In this document: positions 61,402-64,000 of the stretch, piece by piece | Layout: each line of letters opens with the position of its first letter | How positions within the stretch are numbered: the first letter of the stretch is position 1 | DNA from: Gammaproteobacteria bacterium DTU037 | GTDB taxonomy: Bacteria; Pseudomonadota; Gammaproteobacteria; Pseudomonadales; Pseudomonadaceae | Reading direction: 5' to 3' | Assembly: GCA_001513025.1 (NCBI GenBank) | Contig: LFRZ01000125.1 | Coordinates: 10,997 to 74,996, forward strand | DNA length: 64,000 nucleotides | Program-made: the position numbers and the translations under genes | The notes under the pieces: model-generated | What the model saw: only the letters and a program-made list of their open reading frames with translations | Databases searched by the model: none | What the model was told of the DNA's origin: nothing

Positions 61402-62400
61402 TTGATGGTGTCATCTATTATGTTTCGCTTACGTATCTTGTTTGATAATTTCACCTTGATTTTGATTGCGGTGGTGCTGGCGGCGACCTTTATGCCTGCG
61501 TATGGCATAGGTGCAACGATTTTTCAGTGGCTGACCAACTTTGCCATCGCTTTATTGTTCTTTTTGCACGGTGCCAAGCTGTCACGCCATGCGATTATTG
61601 CTGGGGTGATGCATTGGCGTTTGCATCTGTTGGTGTTTGCTTGCACTTTTATTTTATTTCCCATCTTGATGCTGTCTTTACAACCCTTGATCCGACCTGT
61701 GTTAGGCGATGAGTTGTGGATTGGCATGCTGTATTTAGCGGCATTGCCGGGCACTGTGCAGTCGGCGATTGCCTTTACCTCGATCGCCCGCGGCAATATT
61801 CCAGCTGCGGTATGCGCGGCGTCGGCCTCCAGCCTAGTGGGGATTTTGGTTACACCATTGCTGGTTAAGCTGATGCTGGATGCCGATGCAGGTACCACAG
61901 GCATGCTGGAGGCGGTGATTAAAATCAGTCTGCAATTATTGCTGCCCTTTCTTTTGGGCCACTATATGCGCCGCTGGATTGGCCATTGGATTGATCGTAA
62001 TGCCCGTTGGTTAAAAAACATTGATCAAAGTTCGATTTTATTGGTGGTCTACACGGCCTTTAGTGCCGCGGTCATCGGCGGCTTATGGCATGCGGTGCCC
62101 CCCTCTTCGCTGATCATGCTCAGTGTGATTTGTAGCGTCATTTTGGCCGTGGTGTTGTTCAGTACCACTTGGCTGGCGCGGCGGTTTAAATTCAATAAAG
62201 AAGATGAAATTACTATTGTTTTCTGTGGTTCAAAAAAGAGTATGGCCACCGGTATTCCTATGGCTTCAGTGCTCTTTGCTGGCGGTGCTGTGGGTCCGGC
62301 GATTTTACCCCTCATGGTTTTTCACCAAATCCAGTTGATGGTTTGCGCTGTACTGGCGCAGCAATATGCGCAGCGCTGTGAAGACGACACTGCTGAGTGA
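61402..62400 (+). CDS. Bile acid:sodium symporter family (YfeH/SBF-like) protein
   Basis: LFFLHGAKLS, LPGTVQSAIAFTSIARGN, FCGSKKSMATG. Confidence 0.88.
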   Translation: MMVSSIMFRLRILFDNFTLILIAVVLAATFMPAYGIGATIFQWLTNFAIALLFFLHGAKLSRHAIIAGVMHWRLHLLVFACTFILFPILMLSLQPLIRPVLGDELWIGMLYLAALPGTVQSAIAFTSIARGNIPAAVCAASASSLVGILVTPLLVKLMLDADAGTTGMLEAVIKISLQLLLPFLLGHYMRRWIGHWIDRNARWLKNIDQSSILLVVYTAFSAAVIGGLWHAVPPSSLIMLSVICSVILAVVLFSTTWLARRFKFNKEDEITIVFCGSKKSMATGIPMASVLFAGGAVGPAILPLMVFHQIQLMVCAVLAQQYAQRCEDDTAE

Positions 62401-62439
62401 GCGCAGAGGTAGTGCTGAGCCGTTGCTGCTTATGCTCGG

Positions 62440-63183
62440 CTAGAGCGATACTGTGAGGGGTTTAGCTGTGCGGGCTAAGCAGTACACCTCAACCCGTGCA
62501 GCGCCCTGCTCAAGTAATAGCCCACTGATGGTGGAACAGGTGCTTCCGGTGGTGAGCACATCATCGACCAAGGCAATGTGTTTATTTTTAATCTGTGCCG
62601 GCTCGCTCAGGGCAAAAGCATTGTGCAGATTATCGCGTCGTGCTTTGGCATTTAGGCCTTGCTGGCTAATGGTTTCGCGGGTGCGCAGCAGTAAGTGCTT
62701 AGGGTTATCCAAGGCCAATGCCTTACTGAGCCAGTCACAGACCATTTGTGCTTGATTATAACCGCGTTGACGCTGGCGCCGCTTGGCTAAGGGCACGGCT
62801 AAAATTAAATCAGGACGCTGCCCACCCTGATCAAAATAGTGGTTTAAATACTGTGCCAGTAGGTTGCTTAACAGCTGCCCATAGGGCCAATTTTGTTGGT
62901 ATTTAAAGCGGCTGATCAAAGTATCCAGCGGGAAAGTAAATTCGAATGGGCTGATTACTTTGCTAAATAAAGGCGGGTTATGCGTGCAGTCTGCGCAGAG
63001 TGCGTGAGGGTCAGGGATGGGTAAAGCGCATTGGATGCAGTGACTCTTAAGCCAAGGCAGTTCAGTTTCACAGTCCTCACAGAGTGCAAGTAAGCGCTGA
63101 CTGGGCGCATCACAGAGCAAACAGGATTGTTTGCTTTTTAACCAATGGTAAACCTTTGTAAATATATCTGGTTGACAACTCAT
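62440..63183 (-). CDS. comF: ComF-family phosphoribosyltransferase-like protein
   Basis: CLLC/CEDC/CIQC/CADC zinc finger, RQRGYNQA, LVDDVLTTGST; divergent from bioB. Confidence 0.88.
   Translation of the reverse strand: MSCQPDIFTKVYHWLKSKQSCLLCDAPSQRLLALCEDCETELPWLKSHCIQCALPIPDPHALCADCTHNPPLFSKVISPFEFTFPLDTLISRFKYQQNWPYGQLLSNLLAQYLNHYFDQGGQRPDLILAVPLAKRRQRQRGYNQAQMVCDWLSKALALDNPKHLLLRTRETISQQGLNAKARRDNLHNAFALSEPAQIKNKHIALVDDVLTTGSTCSTISGLLLEQGAARVEVYCLARTAKPLTVSL
63147..63177. promoter_or_regulatory. BirA-type biotin operator
   Basis: GGTAAACC-N15-GGTTGACA resembles TGTAAACC-N14..16-GGTTTACA; ~115 nt upstream of bioB. Confidence 0.6.
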
Positions 63184-63289
63184 GGCGTCTCCTTGAATAT
63201 TATCGCTATGCATCCTGCATGCCTGAAGTTTAGCAGCCCGCTACTTAAGCGTGAATAAAAAGATCAGCGACCGATAAGAAGGATAATCC

Positions 63290-64000
63290 ATGAACGCCAG
63301 CCTTAACCCTGTCACCCGTCACGACTGGACACTTACCGAAGTGACTGCACTCTTACAGCAACCTTTTAATGATCTGCTTTTTCAAGCGCAGACGCTGCAC
63401 CGCCAGCATTTCAATGCTAATCGCGTGCAAGTTTCGACTTTGCTGTCGATTAAAACCGGTGCTTGCCCAGAAGACTGTAAATACTGTCCACAGTCGGGGC
63501 ATTACAATACAGGGCTGGATAAAGAAAAATTGATGGAAGTGCAGAAGGTTTTAGACGAAGCCCAGCGCGCCAAAGAGATAGGTTCCACACGCTTTTGCAT
63601 GGGCGCGGCGTGGAAACATCCATCGGCCAAAGACCTGCCCTATGTGTTGGAAATGGTCAAAGGTGTGAAGGCCATGGGCATGGAAACCTGTATGACCTTG
63701 GGCAAGCTCGATCAAGAGCAAACGCAAGCCTTAGCCGATGCAGGTTTGGATTATTACAACCATAACCTGGATACCTCGCCTGAGTTCTACGGCAGTATTA
63801 TTACCACCCGTACCTATGCGGAGCGCTTACAAACCCTGAGTTATGTGCGTGATGCAGGGATGAAAATCTGCTCGGGCGGTATTTTAGGCATGGGCGAATC
63901 CATTGCTGACCGTGCTGGCCTCTTGATCCAGTTGGCTAACTTGCCTGAGCATCCAGAAAGTGTACCAATTAATATGTTGGTTAAAGTTGAAGGCACGCCA
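63290..64000 (+). CDS. bioB: Biotin synthase, N-terminal part (continues beyond right edge)
   Basis: Manually translated: radical [43 protein letters not shown]. Confidence 0.97.
   Translation, partial: MNASLNPVTRHDWTLTEVTALLQQPFNDLLFQAQTLHRQHFNANRVQVSTLLSIKTGACPEDCKYCPQSGHYNTGLDKEKLMEVQKVLDEAQRAKEIGSTRFCMGAAWKHPSAKDLPYVLEMVKGVKAMGMETCMTLGKLDQEQTQALADAGLDYYNHNLDTSPEFYGSIITTRTYAERLQTLSYVRDAGMKICSGGILGMGESIADRAGLLIQLANLPEHPESVPINMLVKVEGTP

Overview
This is the chromosomal origin region of a moderate-GC Pseudomonadaceae genome (Thiopseudomonas/Denitrificimonas-like; this assignment is inference from gene content). Left to right it carries: an AT-rich benzoate/catechol cluster (catM <> catB-catC-catA-benA, running off the left edge); glmU; the atp operon; parAB-rsmG-mnmG; a first oriC-like element; a decayed IS3 that truncates a beta-propeller gene; mnmE-yidC-yidD-rnpA-rpmH; and a second oriC-like element with the same box spacing as the first. 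The dnaA gene that normally follows is absent there. Instead, a ~24 kb block (ampE/ampD, hemE, msrA, an RsmY-like sRNA with GacA box, two acyl-CoA dehydrogenases, trpI-trpBA, dsbDEG-dsbRS, pbpG, gyrB-recF-dnaN-dnaA with two parS sites) lies inverted, so dnaA sits 24 kb away and points back at the origin. The right end holds ppx-trxA-rho-ubiD-fre, ogt, a small Cys-rich ORF, nhaD, a hydrolase, gltS, an AraC/SBF pair, comF and partial bioB. The most notable observations are the oriC/dnaA split, the twin origins, a structured nhaD leader with an Arg/Trp-rich 9-codon uORF (MNWNRRWRR), and divergent F0 a/c subunits with Lys at the aD119-equivalent position. I saw no tRNA, rRNA or CRISPR array.
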